From positions 1 through 42,353 of the forward strand of contig CAZBKY010000001.1 in assembly GCA_964492595.1 (NCBI GenBank): DNA of 42,353 nucleotides. The letters run 5' to 3'. The notes under the pieces were generated by a model that made no database searches, was not told where the DNA came from, and saw only the letters and a list, made by a program, of their open reading frames with translations. This DNA comes from an uncultured Muribaculaceae bacterium (GTDB lineage: Bacteria > Bacillota_I > Bacilli_A > RF39 > UBA660). The translations under genes and the position numbers were made by a program. Shown in pieces: positions 17,064 through 25,834 of this stretch (its first letter is position 1; each line of letters begins with the position of its first letter).

Positions 17064-18152
17064 TTATGTTAAATCTTCAAATGTTTTCTCTTTAATTATT
17101 TTATTATTTTCTTTTAATCTTTCATTTTCGGGATCTAATTTTAAAGCTATTTCATTAAATTCAAGGGCTTTTGAATATAAACCTATATTATAATAACTTA
17201 TTGAACTCAAATCATATATCGTGCTATCCCATGAAAAATTCTCATTAATATATGTTTTTCCTCTTTCTTTTATCTTTAAGGCTTCATCACACATGTGCAG
17301 ACAGGCAAGCCAATTTTCAGTTTCATACTCCAGTAATGCCATCTCTACATATGGCTCTCTTAAATATGGGCTTTCTATTATTGCCTTATATAACCATTCT
17401 CTAGATAAATCATATTGTTTTTTATATTTATAACATCTTGCAATATAACGCATTGAAGCACATCTTTCATCTTTCCAAGTTGCCTTTTCTAAAGATAAAT
17501 GTTTTATTAAAGTTTTAATTGCCTCATCGTACATTTGATAAAACATATATTCTCTTCCTAAATAATGAACGTTTCGGTCATCAGAGGGATCTTCTTTAAC
17601 TGATAATTCTAAAAGCGGTAAATAATTAGATCGAGACTTGGTATCATCTGGATAATGATTTACTTCAAACCCTGAAACATAGTTTATTTTTTCAATTCCA
17701 TCTCCTATATATTTTAAAACTTCATGAACAGGATGCTTCCAAGTATAATCTTTTTTATTGTGTATTTTTTCAATCATGAAACTTACTGATGGTTTACCAT
17801 ACTTATCAAAACTCCAATTATAGTTATATTTCAATCTTGTAGTTTTTTCATCCCAGATTTTTTCAACATGTTTTCTCCATCCTTTTGTTATTATTTCATC
17901 TAAATCCGTAGATACACATATATCGATGTTATCTGGTATTTTTTTTAAAACCATATTTCTAGCCTTGTCAAATCTCCATGGATTTACTTTTATTTTATAT
18001 ACTTTTGCACCTAATTTTTTTAATTTTAAAATTGTATCATCAGTTGAACCTGTATCTCCCACTATTACCATATCTGCTTCTTTTACAGATTCATACCACC
18101 TTTCAACGAATTTACTTTCATTCTTTGCAATTGCATAAACGCATATTTTCAT
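17064..18152 (-). CDS. family-2 glycosyltransferase fused to TPR repeats
   Basis: 362 aa. GT-A N-terminus (ICVYAIAKNE...VGDTGSTDDT, DxD at TDLDE) and a C-terminal half with TPR-like Y/A/L periodicity. It lies directly downstream of the collagen-like gene on the same strand. Confidence 0.7.
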   Translation of the reverse strand: MKICVYAIAKNESKFVERWYESVKEADMVIVGDTGSTDDTILKLKKLGAKVYKIKVNPWRFDKARNMVLKKIPDNIDICVSTDLDEIITKGWRKHVEKIWDEKTTRLKYNYNWSFDKYGKPSVSFMIEKIHNKKDYTWKHPVHEVLKYIGDGIEKINYVSGFEVNHYPDDTKSRSNYLPLLELSVKEDPSDDRNVHYLGREYMFYQMYDEAIKTLIKHLSLEKATWKDERCASMRYIARCYKYKKQYDLSREWLYKAIIESPYLREPYVEMALLEYETENWLACLHMCDEALKIKERGKTYINENFSWDSTIYDLSSISYYNIGLYSKALEFNEIALKLDPENERLKENNKIIKEKTFEDLT

Positions 18153-18255
18153 TAAATACCTCCTATAGTTATTATATGAATTTAAAGCATATTAAAAGCC
18201 ATTTTTTGATGTGCACCCTAATGGATGCGGTTCATTTTAGTGGCTTTTATTTTTA

Positions 18256-19302
18256 TTAAACTATGTTTATTCCTGCACTAGCATAGCCAGTTACAGTTTG
18301 TAATAAATTTAATCCATTAGCATTTATAGTAAATACCATTAATAATCTTGTTCCTGCAGTTACTGCAATATTTAATCCAGTTAAGTTGCCTCTAACAATA
18401 TCTCCTATATTTATTATTCCACTCAAGTTCGGTGTTAAAGTTACATCTGTTCCCGCTACTGGAGTGAAAATATTATTAGGAGTTGTTGATTGATATAACT
18501 GAGCATGAACAGTAATATCTGTACTTATAAGTGTCAATCCAAGTACTACACTAAAATAAGCTTCTATATCTGTAATTGTTCCATTTCTTGGAACTGAAAA
18601 TGCCAAATTGGCTAATAAACCTGCAGCTCCTGTTAAATCAATATTTAGACCCAATATGTTTGGTAATGTTGTACTTGTTCCAAATCCGACTATAGCTGGT
18701 AATCCTGCCAATCCCAAAGCAATACTTGTAGGAGCTACTGGTAATCCTGAAGCATATGGTATTATTGCACCTGCTCCATTTAAACCTGCTGTTCCCTGTG
18801 GTCCAGTCGGACCGGTTGCACCTTGAATTCCTTGAATTCCTTGTGGTCCAGTTGGTCCAGTTGGTCCGGTTGGCCCAGTTGCTCCATTTGTTCCAGCATT
18901 ACCTTGTGGCCCTGTCGGTCCTGTGGCTCCTATTGGCCCCTGGATTCCTTGAGCACCTTGTGGTCCTATAATTCCTTGAGGTCCGGTTGCTCCCATCGCT
19001 CCAGTTGGACCAGTAGCTCCATTTGCACCTTGGGCGCCTTGTGGCCCTTGAGGGCCTACTTCACCCTGAGAACCTTGAGAACCATTTGCTCCGGTTGCAC
19101 CTGTTGGTCCTTGTATTCCTTGTACTCCCTGAACTCCCTGCGGACCCTGTGGACCTGTTGATCCGGTTGGCCCTGTCGGTCCAGTTGGACCAGTTGGCCC
19201 TGTCGGTCCTCCCGAAGGTCCTGTTGGTCCTGTCGGCCCAGTAGGACCATAACATGTATAACATGGACAAGGATTATTACATAAATTTTTAAATCCATCC
19301 AT
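18256..19302 (-). CDS. collagen-like exosporium glycoprotein, BclB-type C-terminal domain
   Basis: About 160 residues of uninterrupted G-x-y triplets (GPT, GPQ, GAT...) are followed by IIPYASG..., the start of the BclB-related C-terminal domain. The N-terminus is Cys-rich ([11 protein letters not shown]). ATG at 19302 follows GAGGTG, whereas the track start at 19311 is a GTG inside the RBS. Confidence 0.8.
   Translation of the reverse strand: MDGFKNLCNNPCPCYTCYGPTGPTGPTGPSGGPTGPTGPTGPTGPTGSTGPQGPQGVQGVQGIQGPTGATGANGSQGSQGEVGPQGPQGAQGANGATGPTGAMGATGPQGIIGPQGAQGIQGPIGATGPTGPQGNAGTNGATGPTGPTGPTGPQGIQGIQGATGPTGPQGTAGLNGAGAIIPYASGLPVAPTSIALGLAGLPAIVGFGTSTTLPNILGLNIDLTGAAGLLANLAFSVPRNGTITDIEAYFSVVLGLTLISTDITVHAQLYQSTTPNNIFTPVAGTDVTLTPNLSGIINIGDIVRGNLTGLNIAVTAGTRLLMVFTINANGLNLLQTVTGYASAGINIV
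18760..19250 (-). repeat. collagen G-x-y triplet-repeat coding tract (locally GC-rich)
   Basis: Runs of ggtcc/ggacc 9-mers encode (GPT)n and GxQ triplets. All six frames lack stops here, which produces several spurious overlapping ORFs in the track. Confidence 0.9.
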
Positions 19303-19481
19303 TTTTTTCACCTCTTTTTCTTACATTTTATTGTATGAAGTTAAATAAAAATAGAACTTACATTAAACTAAGTTTAGGTGAAAATGTGTTAATGTATTAT
19401 TTTCAATTTCTTTAATAAAACAGTACAAAAATAATTGTTTATATTTTTATATTAACATAGAATTTAATAAGGAGAATAATT

Positions 19482-20255
19482 ATGGACACAATTGAAAATC
19501 AATCCTCTATTGAATATGATTATAAAATAAATCCAACTGGCGATGCAATTACAACAGATTTAGAAAGTAATATAACTGTGACCGATCTTGCAATTGGAGA
19601 ATTAAATATGATTAAATCAGTAGATAAAACCTATGCAACTATTGGAGATATACTAACATACACCATAGTTTTAAATAATAATGGAAATGTTTTGTTAACA
19701 GATATTGTATTTAAAGATATTGTACCAACTGGTGCTACTTTTGTAAGTGGAAGTGTTATAGTAGATGGAACTTCTCAACCAACATATAATCCCAATACTG
19801 GATTTAATGTCGGAAGTTTGTTAATACTCGGATCTAGAACAATTACTTTTCAAGTAGAAGTAACTTCTTTGCCTGATCCTAATACTATTATCAATACCTC
19901 ATCTGCAACATATAATTATCTTGTTATTATTCCTATAGGGGGAAGTTCTACAAGCAACAGTGTTACTACAACTATAAATGTTAATAATTTAGAAATTGTT
20001 AAATCTGCTAGTCCTTCAACTGTAACAAAAGGAGATACTTTAACTTATACTACTGTAATAACAAATAATGGAAATATAGATGCCACTGATATAATGTTTA
20101 CCGATATAGTGCCTTCAGAATTAACATTTGTCCCTGAAAGTGTTACTATAGATGGAACCCCTTACTCAAGCTATGATCCTAATGATGGATTTAGTTTAGG
20201 AACATTAAGCCCAGGAGATAGCATCACAGTAGTATTTGAAACAACTGTTAACTAA
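19482..20255 (+). CDS. DUF11 (conserved repeat domain) protein, two repeats, no signal peptide
   Basis: Two clear internal repeats: KSVDKTYATIGDILTYTIVLNNNGNVLLTDIVFKDIVPTGATFVSGSVIVDG and KSASPSTVTKGDTLTYTTVITNNGNIDATDIMFTDIVPSELTFVPESVTIDG. AAGGAG RBS. It is divergent from the collagen-like gene. Confidence 0.75.
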   Translation: MDTIENQSSIEYDYKINPTGDAITTDLESNITVTDLAIGELNMIKSVDKTYATIGDILTYTIVLNNNGNVLLTDIVFKDIVPTGATFVSGSVIVDGTSQPTYNPNTGFNVGSLLILGSRTITFQVEVTSLPDPNTIINTSSATYNYLVIIPIGGSSTSNSVTTTINVNNLEIVKSASPSTVTKGDTLTYTTVITNNGNIDATDIMFTDIVPSELTFVPESVTIDGTPYSSYDPNDGFSLGTLSPGDSITVVFETTVN

Positions 20256-20668
20256 TGGAAATCATTAACACATCTGAAATATCATATATAGTAAATGGAA
20301 CTTTAGTTGATAGTTCAAGTAACACTTCAGTAACTAAGCGAATAGAACCGATTATTTATTTTACAAAATGTGTTAATGAGTGTTTAATTAAAGTAGTTAT
20401 AAAAAATAATAGCGGAACTATTATTAAAAATGTTTTATATAAGGAATGTTTGGATAAAGATTTATATGTAAAAGGTACCTTAAAAATTAACAATAAAAGT
20501 TTTGACTACAATCCTTTTTATAGTATATGTTTAAAAAATATTGCAAATAATGAAATAATAAAAATAGAATATAAAATAAAAAAGAATTATTATAATAATA
20601 AATCACTATTAAGATATAACTTTGTATTAAATAATGGCTATCAAACTACATATATATTAAGTAGTTAA
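20255..20668 (+). CDS. hypothetical protein, possibly a degenerate DUF11-like beta-sandwich
   Basis: 137-aa ORF whose ATG shares 1 nt with the upstream TAA (TAATG). It has weak V..N.G.....V pattern similarity to the upstream repeats. No signal peptide. Confidence 0.45.
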   Translation: MEIINTSEISYIVNGTLVDSSSNTSVTKRIEPIIYFTKCVNECLIKVVIKNNSGTIIKNVLYKECLDKDLYVKGTLKINNKSFDYNPFYSICLKNIANNEIIKIEYKIKKNYYNNKSLLRYNFVLNNGYQTTYILSS

Positions 20669-20670
20669 AA

Positions 20671-20696
20671 ATAAAGCAGATTATGCTTTATTTTTT
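20671..20696 (+). terminator. rho-independent terminator of the DUF11 gene pair
   Basis: ATAAAGCA-GATTA-TGCTTTAT (8-bp stem, 5-nt loop) followed by T6. It begins 3 nt after the stop codon. Confidence 0.7.
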
Positions 20697-20732
20697 ATAT
20701 TTTCTATTTAAAATAAAATAGTTAAAAGGTTA

Positions 20733-21287
20733 TCAAATTTTAAAATTATAAATTTTTGTCTCATCTATATTTATTCTCTTATCATTTTCATCAAACCAAT
20801 CGAAAAAATGCCACCATTCTTTTGTATATTGTACAAAACCAGCTTTATTCATTATTTCTTTTAAAATAATTGAATTTTTATTACTTCTACATGCATCTAA
20901 TATCAATTCACAACACTTTGTAGGCATTAATAATTCTCTATTTGTTTTAAGATTAACTAAGCTTACATCAACAGCCATTCCAACATTGTGCCAACTAATA
21001 CCATTTCCAAGAAGACCTAATTTAACCTCTTTTTTATATTTGTTACATAATAATTTGGTTATATAATATGGTCTATAAGCCTCATATATTCTAATTTTAA
21101 AACCTTTTTTATTTGCTAAATCATTTGCTTTTTTTAATTTGAAAGCTGTCTTTTTAGTCAAATAAGCAATATTATGTTTGTATAATTTATCCTTGTAATA
21201 ATGATGAAGTTTTACATCAATATTAGAATCTATTTCTAAAATATTTATTAAATCAATATTTTTATTAAAAATTTTATAATTATTCAT
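20733..21287 (-). CDS. VanX/DdpX-like D-alanyl-D-alanine dipeptidase (M15D)
   Basis: 184 aa. YEAYRP, ISWHNVGMAVDVSL (SxHxxGxAxD) and EWWHF motifs. Cytoplasmic, with no signal peptide. Confidence 0.7.
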   Translation of the reverse strand: MNNYKIFNKNIDLINILEIDSNIDVKLHHYYKDKLYKHNIAYLTKKTAFKLKKANDLANKKGFKIRIYEAYRPYYITKLLCNKYKKEVKLGLLGNGISWHNVGMAVDVSLVNLKTNRELLMPTKCCELILDACRSNKNSIILKEIMNKAGFVQYTKEWWHFFDWFDENDKRINIDETKIYNFKI

Positions 21288-21350
21288 GATTACCTCAAAT
21301 AGAATAAATAATATTACAATTATTTATTTTCTAATTTTTCTATTTTCATT

Positions 21351-22222
21351 TTAAATTTCCATCTTTGATTTATCATTTATTGAATTATTAAGTGATTTTA
21401 GTTTATCAATACTAGCATTATTTTGTAGTGATTTTAATTGTGATAATGCATAATAATTTAGATTTTTTAACCTATCTTTTTGAGTGATATTATCTTTTAT
21501 CATTATTGAGTTAGAACTTTCCATATTGGATAATACAATTAATTGTTCAATAGTTGCATAATCTCTTATATTTCCTTTTTTATCTTTATTTCTATTTCGC
21601 CAATCTTTCGCAGTCATTCCAAATAATGCCACATTTAATACATCAGCTTCACTAGCATAAGTATAATTTATTTGCTCTTTTGTAAGTATAGGTAATATTA
21701 GATTTTCTTTTATAGCATCTGTGTGAATTCGATAATTACCTTTAGCAATTATTCTTCTTACATTCCATTCTATTTGGTTTTGATAATATTCATTCTTTTT
21801 TAATCTTTGGAATTCAATTATTACATATAATTAAACTCTGGGCTTAACCAACTGGCAAACTCAAAGGCTATATCAGAATGAGCAAAAGTACCACCATTAT
21901 TACCTGATTTTGAGATTATACCTATAGCATCAGTTTCTTTTATCCATTTTTGAGGAGACATATAAAAACTATTTCTCCCGGCTTTATTTTCAAAGGTCGT
22001 AAATTTGTGACCTTTGAAATTTTTATTATTAAGTTTTTCCCATAACCCTAAGTATAGTATAACATCAGTATTTCTCATCCATGTTTGAACAGGCACTTTT
22101 GGTTCTTCTGGATTGGCATATCTTGCTAAATCTGTAAGAGAAATATATTCTACTTCTCCTACTCACAATACTTTTATTTTTTCATGATTCACTTCAAGTT
22201 CTGTTTTAATAATATTTTCCAT
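21351..22222 (-). pseudogene. KilA-N domain protein gene, inactivated
   Basis: Read from the ATG at 22222, there is an in-frame TGA at 22163-22165 (..KIKVL*VGEVEYISLTDLARY..). A frameshift near 21826-21835 splits ..AHSDIAFEFASWLSPEF / KLYVIIEFQRLKKNEYYQ... The track shows only two fragments (21821..22096 and 21351..21632). Confidence 0.75.
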
Positions 22223-22294
22223 TAGTTTCTCTCCTTTCAATTTTCACTATGTATTTTAATTTGTGTTTATCTATTAATCTATAAAACATATTAT

Positions 22295-22705
22295 CTATTC
22301 TACTACATAATTCCATAATGTTATCTGTGCAGTCTTCCCAGTAATTGCATAATGCAGTTTGTTTTGAACAATTTTAAAAAAAGTATATGCTTCATTACTA
22401 TCTTTGTTATAATCAATGCTTGTTATTTCAAATATATCCAATATTTTTTTATAAACTCTATACTCACTAGTTCTAATTTCTTTTATTTCAATTAATAACT
22501 CATCAAAATAATCTTTACCAAATTTAGAACTATTTTTAAGTCTTTCCTTATCTAATTTATACCCTTTGATAATATAATCTTTTAAAACACTAGTAGCCCA
22601 TATTCTAAACTGTGTTGCTTTTTTACTATTAACTCTATAACCCACTGCAATGATAGCATCTAAATTATAAAAGCCTGTGTTATAAGTTTTTCCATCAGAA
22701 AAATC
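22295..22705 (-). pseudogene. rhuM-like gene remnant (5'- and 3'-truncated)
   Basis: It encodes only the middle of a RhuM-family protein: ..DFSDGKTYNTGFYNLDAIIAVGYRVNSKKATQFRIWATSVLKDYIIKGY..VQNKLHYAITGKTA... There is no N-terminus, a stop lies just upstream in frame, and it ends prematurely. Confidence 0.65.
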
Positions 22706-23509
22706 TTGCCAAATTAGTTAATCCCATGTTGTCTTTTTTTGAATCAACTCTGTTTTATATTATTTCAGCAGCAGTATTACCAGTAATTGCATGATGAAAT
22801 TTATTTTGTATTGTTTTATAAAATTTTTTGTAATTTCGCTGTCTCTGTCTCTATTATAGTCAATAGAACATTCAGAAAATATATCTGTTATTTTTTGATA
22901 AAACATCCTTTCGCTTACTCGAATTAATTTAATTCTTTCAAGTAATCTATCAAAATATTCTTTATCTGCTTTTTTACCTTTTAAAAATCTGTTATCATCT
23001 AAAGCAAAACCTTGTATTATATATTCTTTAATTATTTTGTTTGCCCAAGTTCTAAATAAAATAGCTTTCTTTGAATTAATTCTAAACCCAATTGAAATAA
23101 TCATATCCAAATTATAATATTTTGTTTTATATTTTTGGCCAGTCTTACCCATATGTTCCAAAATGGAACATGTGTTATCTTCATTTAATTCTTCTTGCTC
23201 ATATATATTATTAACATGTTTGGTTACAGCAGGTCTTTCAACACCAAAAAGTCTTGAAATCATTTCAGTATTAAGCCATATATTCTCATCAGAATACAAA
23301 ACCTCAACATTAACATTTCCATCTTCGTTAGTGTAAATAAGAATATTATTTTGCTGAAATGCTTTCCAATTAATTATAATACGTACTAAATTAAAAGAAA
23401 AAGATAGTTTATTCATTAAAATTTCTATCTTTTTTATATTTTTAAAAGTTTTTCTTTCTATTATATGCTCTTTACATATATTTAGTTTATCTTGTGTTGT
23501 TAATTTCAT
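22695..23509 (-). pseudogene. rhuM-like gene, frameshifted and nonsense-mutated, with foreign 5' leader
   Basis: RhuM pattern NILIYTNEDGNVNVEV...YYNLDMIISIGFRINSKKAILFRTWANKIIKEYIIQGF. A frameshift occurs before ..KKFYKTIQNKFHHAITGNTAAEII. TAA at 22755-22757 sits where family members have Tyr, then NRVDSKKDNMGLTN follows. The first ~25 codons (MKLTTQDKLNICKEHIIERKTF) look like an IS3-type OrfA N-terminus. Confidence 0.65.
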
Positions 23510-23594
23510 TAAAAACAGCTCCCTTCAGTTTTCTTGAAGTTATATTCATTATACAACTTTCTTTTTAACTTTTGGAAGCCATTTCATCAAAATT

Positions 23595-23671
23595 TGGTGG
23601 AGAATACAGGATTCGAACCCGCGACCCTCTGCGTGCAAGGCAGATGCTCTAGCCAACTGAGCTAATTCCCC
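23595..23671 (-). tRNA. tRNA-Ala (anticodon UGC), CCA encoded
   Basis: The minus strand reads GGGGAATTAGCTCAGTTGGCTAGAGCATCTGCCTTGCACGCAGAGGGTCGCGGGTTCGAATCCTGTATTCTCCACCA. It folds as a cloverleaf with anticodon loop CTTGCAC and the G3:U70 Ala identity pair. Confidence 0.95.
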
Positions 23672-23685
23672 ATGGTAGGCACTTG

Positions 23686-23714
23686 ATATAAATCAAGCAT
23701 TGTAATTTTAGCAA
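23686..23714 (-). promoter_or_regulatory. sigma-A-type promoter candidate for tRNA-Ala
   Basis: The minus strand reads TTGCTA-N17-TTATAT and ends about 14 nt upstream of the mature tRNA 5' end. Confidence 0.4.
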
Positions 23715-23745
23715 ATCAAAAGGAGGTTGTCAACTAAAACCTCCC
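23713..23745 (-). terminator. terminator after the second VanY-like gene
   Basis: Minus strand: GGGAGGTT-TTAGTTGAC-AACCTCC followed by TTTTGATTT. Confidence 0.55.
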
Positions 23746-23768
23746 AAAAAATTCAAAATAAAGGGTAT

Positions 23769-24704
23769 TTAAAATTTATATCCATAATATTCTTCAAATG
23801 TAATATTGTTATTATAAATATATGTTGATAACTCCACTCCCACATATCTAAATCTCCATGGATAATAACTAAATCCAGTTATATTTTCTTTATCTTCGGG
23901 ATATCTTAAAATAAAGCCATATTTGTATGAATTTTCCATTAACCATATATGTTCTTCAGATTCATTTGGATTTGAAATAGTTTTATTATAAGGTTCTATA
24001 TCTAATCCCAATCCTGTTTGATAATCAGAATGCCCCGCTTTAGACACAAATGCATTTGCAGATGCCTCTCCATTAGAATTTTTGTAATTTTCATACGCTT
24101 TTAACTGATCTTCATAGCTTCTATAGCCTTGAGTAACCACTAACACATATCCGCTTTCCATCGCAGACTCTAACATACTTTTTAATGATTCTAATATAGA
24201 TTCACTTATATATTTACCTTTATAAGCATATCTGCTTGATACTTCAACTAAATCTGATGGCTCATAAGTTTCACTTAATTTATAATATTTATTTACCATC
24301 ATTAATTCTTTTTTAGAAGTATCAGTGGCAATTATTTCGTCATAAAAATCAATATTTGTATGTGTATTTACTTTAGTTACTATATCTGTTTCAGTAAGAT
24401 TTTTATTTTTATTATAATATTCCAAATATTCCTTTAATTTATCAAATCTAAAATATTTTTCTTTAGATAATGCGATTAAATTTTTAGAATAATCAATAGA
24501 TAAAATCTGAGAAATTTGTGAAATATCAAAGTTTGCCTTTATATAGCTCACTTCAATTTCTGAATATCCCTTCTCTTCTAATTTATATTCTATGGAATTA
24601 TGATGTTTCTTAATTAAACTAAAAATAGTAATAGCTCCTATAATTAATAATAATGCTATTATAACTCCAAATAATTTAAACTTGTTTAATTTTTTTACAA
24701 CCAT
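23769..24704 (-). CDS. membrane-anchored VanY-like D,D-carboxypeptidase (M15B), paralog of 13906..14946
   Basis: 311 aa with an N-terminal TM helix. Motifs QGYRSYEDQ, GHSDYQTGLGLDI and YPWRFRYVG. Domain layout matches the other VanY-like ORF. Confidence 0.8.
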   Translation of the reverse strand: MVVKKLNKFKLFGVIIALLLIIGAITIFSLIKKHHNSIEYKLEEKGYSEIEVSYIKANFDISQISQILSIDYSKNLIALSKEKYFRFDKLKEYLEYYNKNKNLTETDIVTKVNTHTNIDFYDEIIATDTSKKELMMVNKYYKLSETYEPSDLVEVSSRYAYKGKYISESILESLKSMLESAMESGYVLVVTQGYRSYEDQLKAYENYKNSNGEASANAFVSKAGHSDYQTGLGLDIEPYNKTISNPNESEEHIWLMENSYKYGFILRYPEDKENITGFSYYPWRFRYVGVELSTYIYNNNITFEEYYGYKF

Positions 24705-24820
24705 CTTACTCTCTACTTTCTATTTAATTATATAAAATTTTTTTAATTAACTCAATAACTCTTTTTACTCTTTTATTGTTTATAATTTTATGATATCTTA
24801 TTATTGAAAGAGGTAAAAAA

Positions 24821-25219
24821 ATGTTAAAAGAATTTAAAAAATTTATTTCAAGAGGAAATGTTATAGATTTAGCTGTAGGTGTTGTAATTGGAGCATCTTT
24901 CGGGAAAATCGTTACATCTTTGGTAGAAGATATCTTAATGCCTATAATTGGAGTTATAAGTGGAGGATTAGATTTCTCAAACTTAACTATAAGTATTAAA
25001 GATGCGACAATTAAATATGGAAATTTTATTCAAAATACAGTGGACTTCTTCATAGTTGCTTTTTGTATATTCATTTTTGTTAAATCTTTAAATAAACTCT
25101 TACATAAGAAAGAGGCTGAAAAACAACAACCTGCAAAGCATCCTCACCCTTCTGATGAAGTTAAATTATTAATGGACATAAAAAAAGAACTAGTAAAGCA
25201 AAATAAAAAGAGTAAATAA
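24821..25219 (+). CDS. mscL: large-conductance mechanosensitive channel
   Basis: 132 aa. [31 protein letters not shown] is the MscL signature. AGAGG RBS. Confidence 0.95.
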   Translation: MLKEFKKFISRGNVIDLAVGVVIGASFGKIVTSLVEDILMPIIGVISGGLDFSNLTISIKDATIKYGNFIQNTVDFFIVAFCIFIFVKSLNKLLHKKEAEKQQPAKHPHPSDEVKLLMDIKKELVKQNKKSK

Positions 25220-25831
25220 TCACTTAAAATTTAACTCTTTTTTTAATTTTTGTTTTAATCTAAACATAGTATTTTCAATACTTCGTTTATCTTTGTTTAG
25301 TATTTTACAAATTTCTTTATTTTCATAGCCTTCTATTTTTAAAGCAAACACTTTTAATTCAAATTTAGTTAATATATTTTTAGCTATATTCAGTATTTCT
25401 TCTGAACTCTCTTTATCTATCAATTCTACACTTGGATCTGATTTTTCATCTTTTACTATTTCATTAATATTTGTTATCTCACTTTCTGTAAGGCCTTCTA
25501 AAGAAACTGAATTATTTAAACTCTGATTTCTTTTTTTATTGCCTACTTTCAGTGCTGATTTTATGTGAGATTCAATACATACAGGAGCATAAGTGTAAAA
25601 CAATACATTTTTATTTACATTATATGTGTCAATTGCTTTTGATAAACCTATAAAACCTTCTTGTACCAAGTCTTTTTCTTCGATTCCAAATGAACTGGCA
25701 ATAAATATATATTTTTTAGCAATTGCATATACAATTCCAGTATATTTTTTTATTAATTCAAGTTTTGCCTCTTCACTAGATTCTGAGACTAAAAACAAAA
25801 GTTCATTATCATTTGCGCCTTCATACTTCAT
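25220..25831 (-). CDS. sigH: sporulation-initiation sigma factor SigH
   Basis: 203 aa. DLVQEGFIGLSKAIDTY and ..ESHIKSALKVGNKKRNQSLNNSVSLE parallel B. subtilis SigH (DIVQEGMIGLYKAIRDF, ..RQKHIPLNSYVSLD). It sits directly downstream of rlmB, as in the Bacillus yacO-sigH region. Confidence 0.8.
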   Translation of the reverse strand: MKYEGANDNELLFLVSESSEEAKLELIKKYTGIVYAIAKKYIFIASSFGIEEKDLVQEGFIGLSKAIDTYNVNKNVLFYTYAPVCIESHIKSALKVGNKKRNQSLNNSVSLEGLTESEITNINEIVKDEKSDPSVELIDKESSEEILNIAKNILTKFELKVFALKIEGYENKEICKILNKDKRSIENTMFRLKQKLKKELNFK

Positions 25832-25834
25832 ACA

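Noticed and set aside
2473-17433. Numerous 60-107-aa track ORFs antisense to topA, scpB, spoVAD/AE, the 9710 gene, the first VanY-like gene, pdp, the cadherin-like gene and the GT gene. Similar ones occur later in trxB, sigH, DUF2779, the NDT-like gene, ffh and fmt.
   Set aside because: All are embedded antisense in well-supported genes, are rich in F/L/I/S from AT-rich antisense codons, and lack RBS motifs.
18170-18180. CATATAATA SigK-like -10 upstream of the GT2-TPR gene.
   Set aside because: It has no AC at -35 spacing and ends only about 7 nt before the AGGAGG RBS, so the predicted start would fall inside the RBS. A chance match is likely at this base composition.
18608-19298. Six overlapping ORFs (60-112 aa) on both strands inside the collagen-like gene.
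   Set aside because: They arise because the GGN-CCN-ACN triplet repeat has no stop codons in any frame. They translate to low-complexity L/W/S/R strings, have no RBS, and are fully contained in a gene with a recognisable domain structure.
22163-22165. In-frame TGA in the KilA-N gene as possible evidence for genetic code 4 (TGA=Trp).
   Set aside because: ku terminates with TGA in an ATGA overlap with ligD, and spoIIAA and sigH also end in TGA. Trp is encoded by TGG throughout. The same gene also carries a frameshift, so a pseudogene is the simpler explanation.
12588-24704. A vancomycin-resistance (van) cluster suggested by the VanY-like and VanX-like genes.
   Set aside because: There is no D-Ala-D-Lac/Ser ligase, dehydrogenase, racemase or VanRS two-component genes. 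The three M15 genes are dispersed and separately transcribed.
25217-25222. mscL and sigH converge with zero intergenic nucleotides and no terminator hairpin.
   Set aside because: This is real in the sequence but probably just compact gene packing. I have no evidence for antisense regulation.
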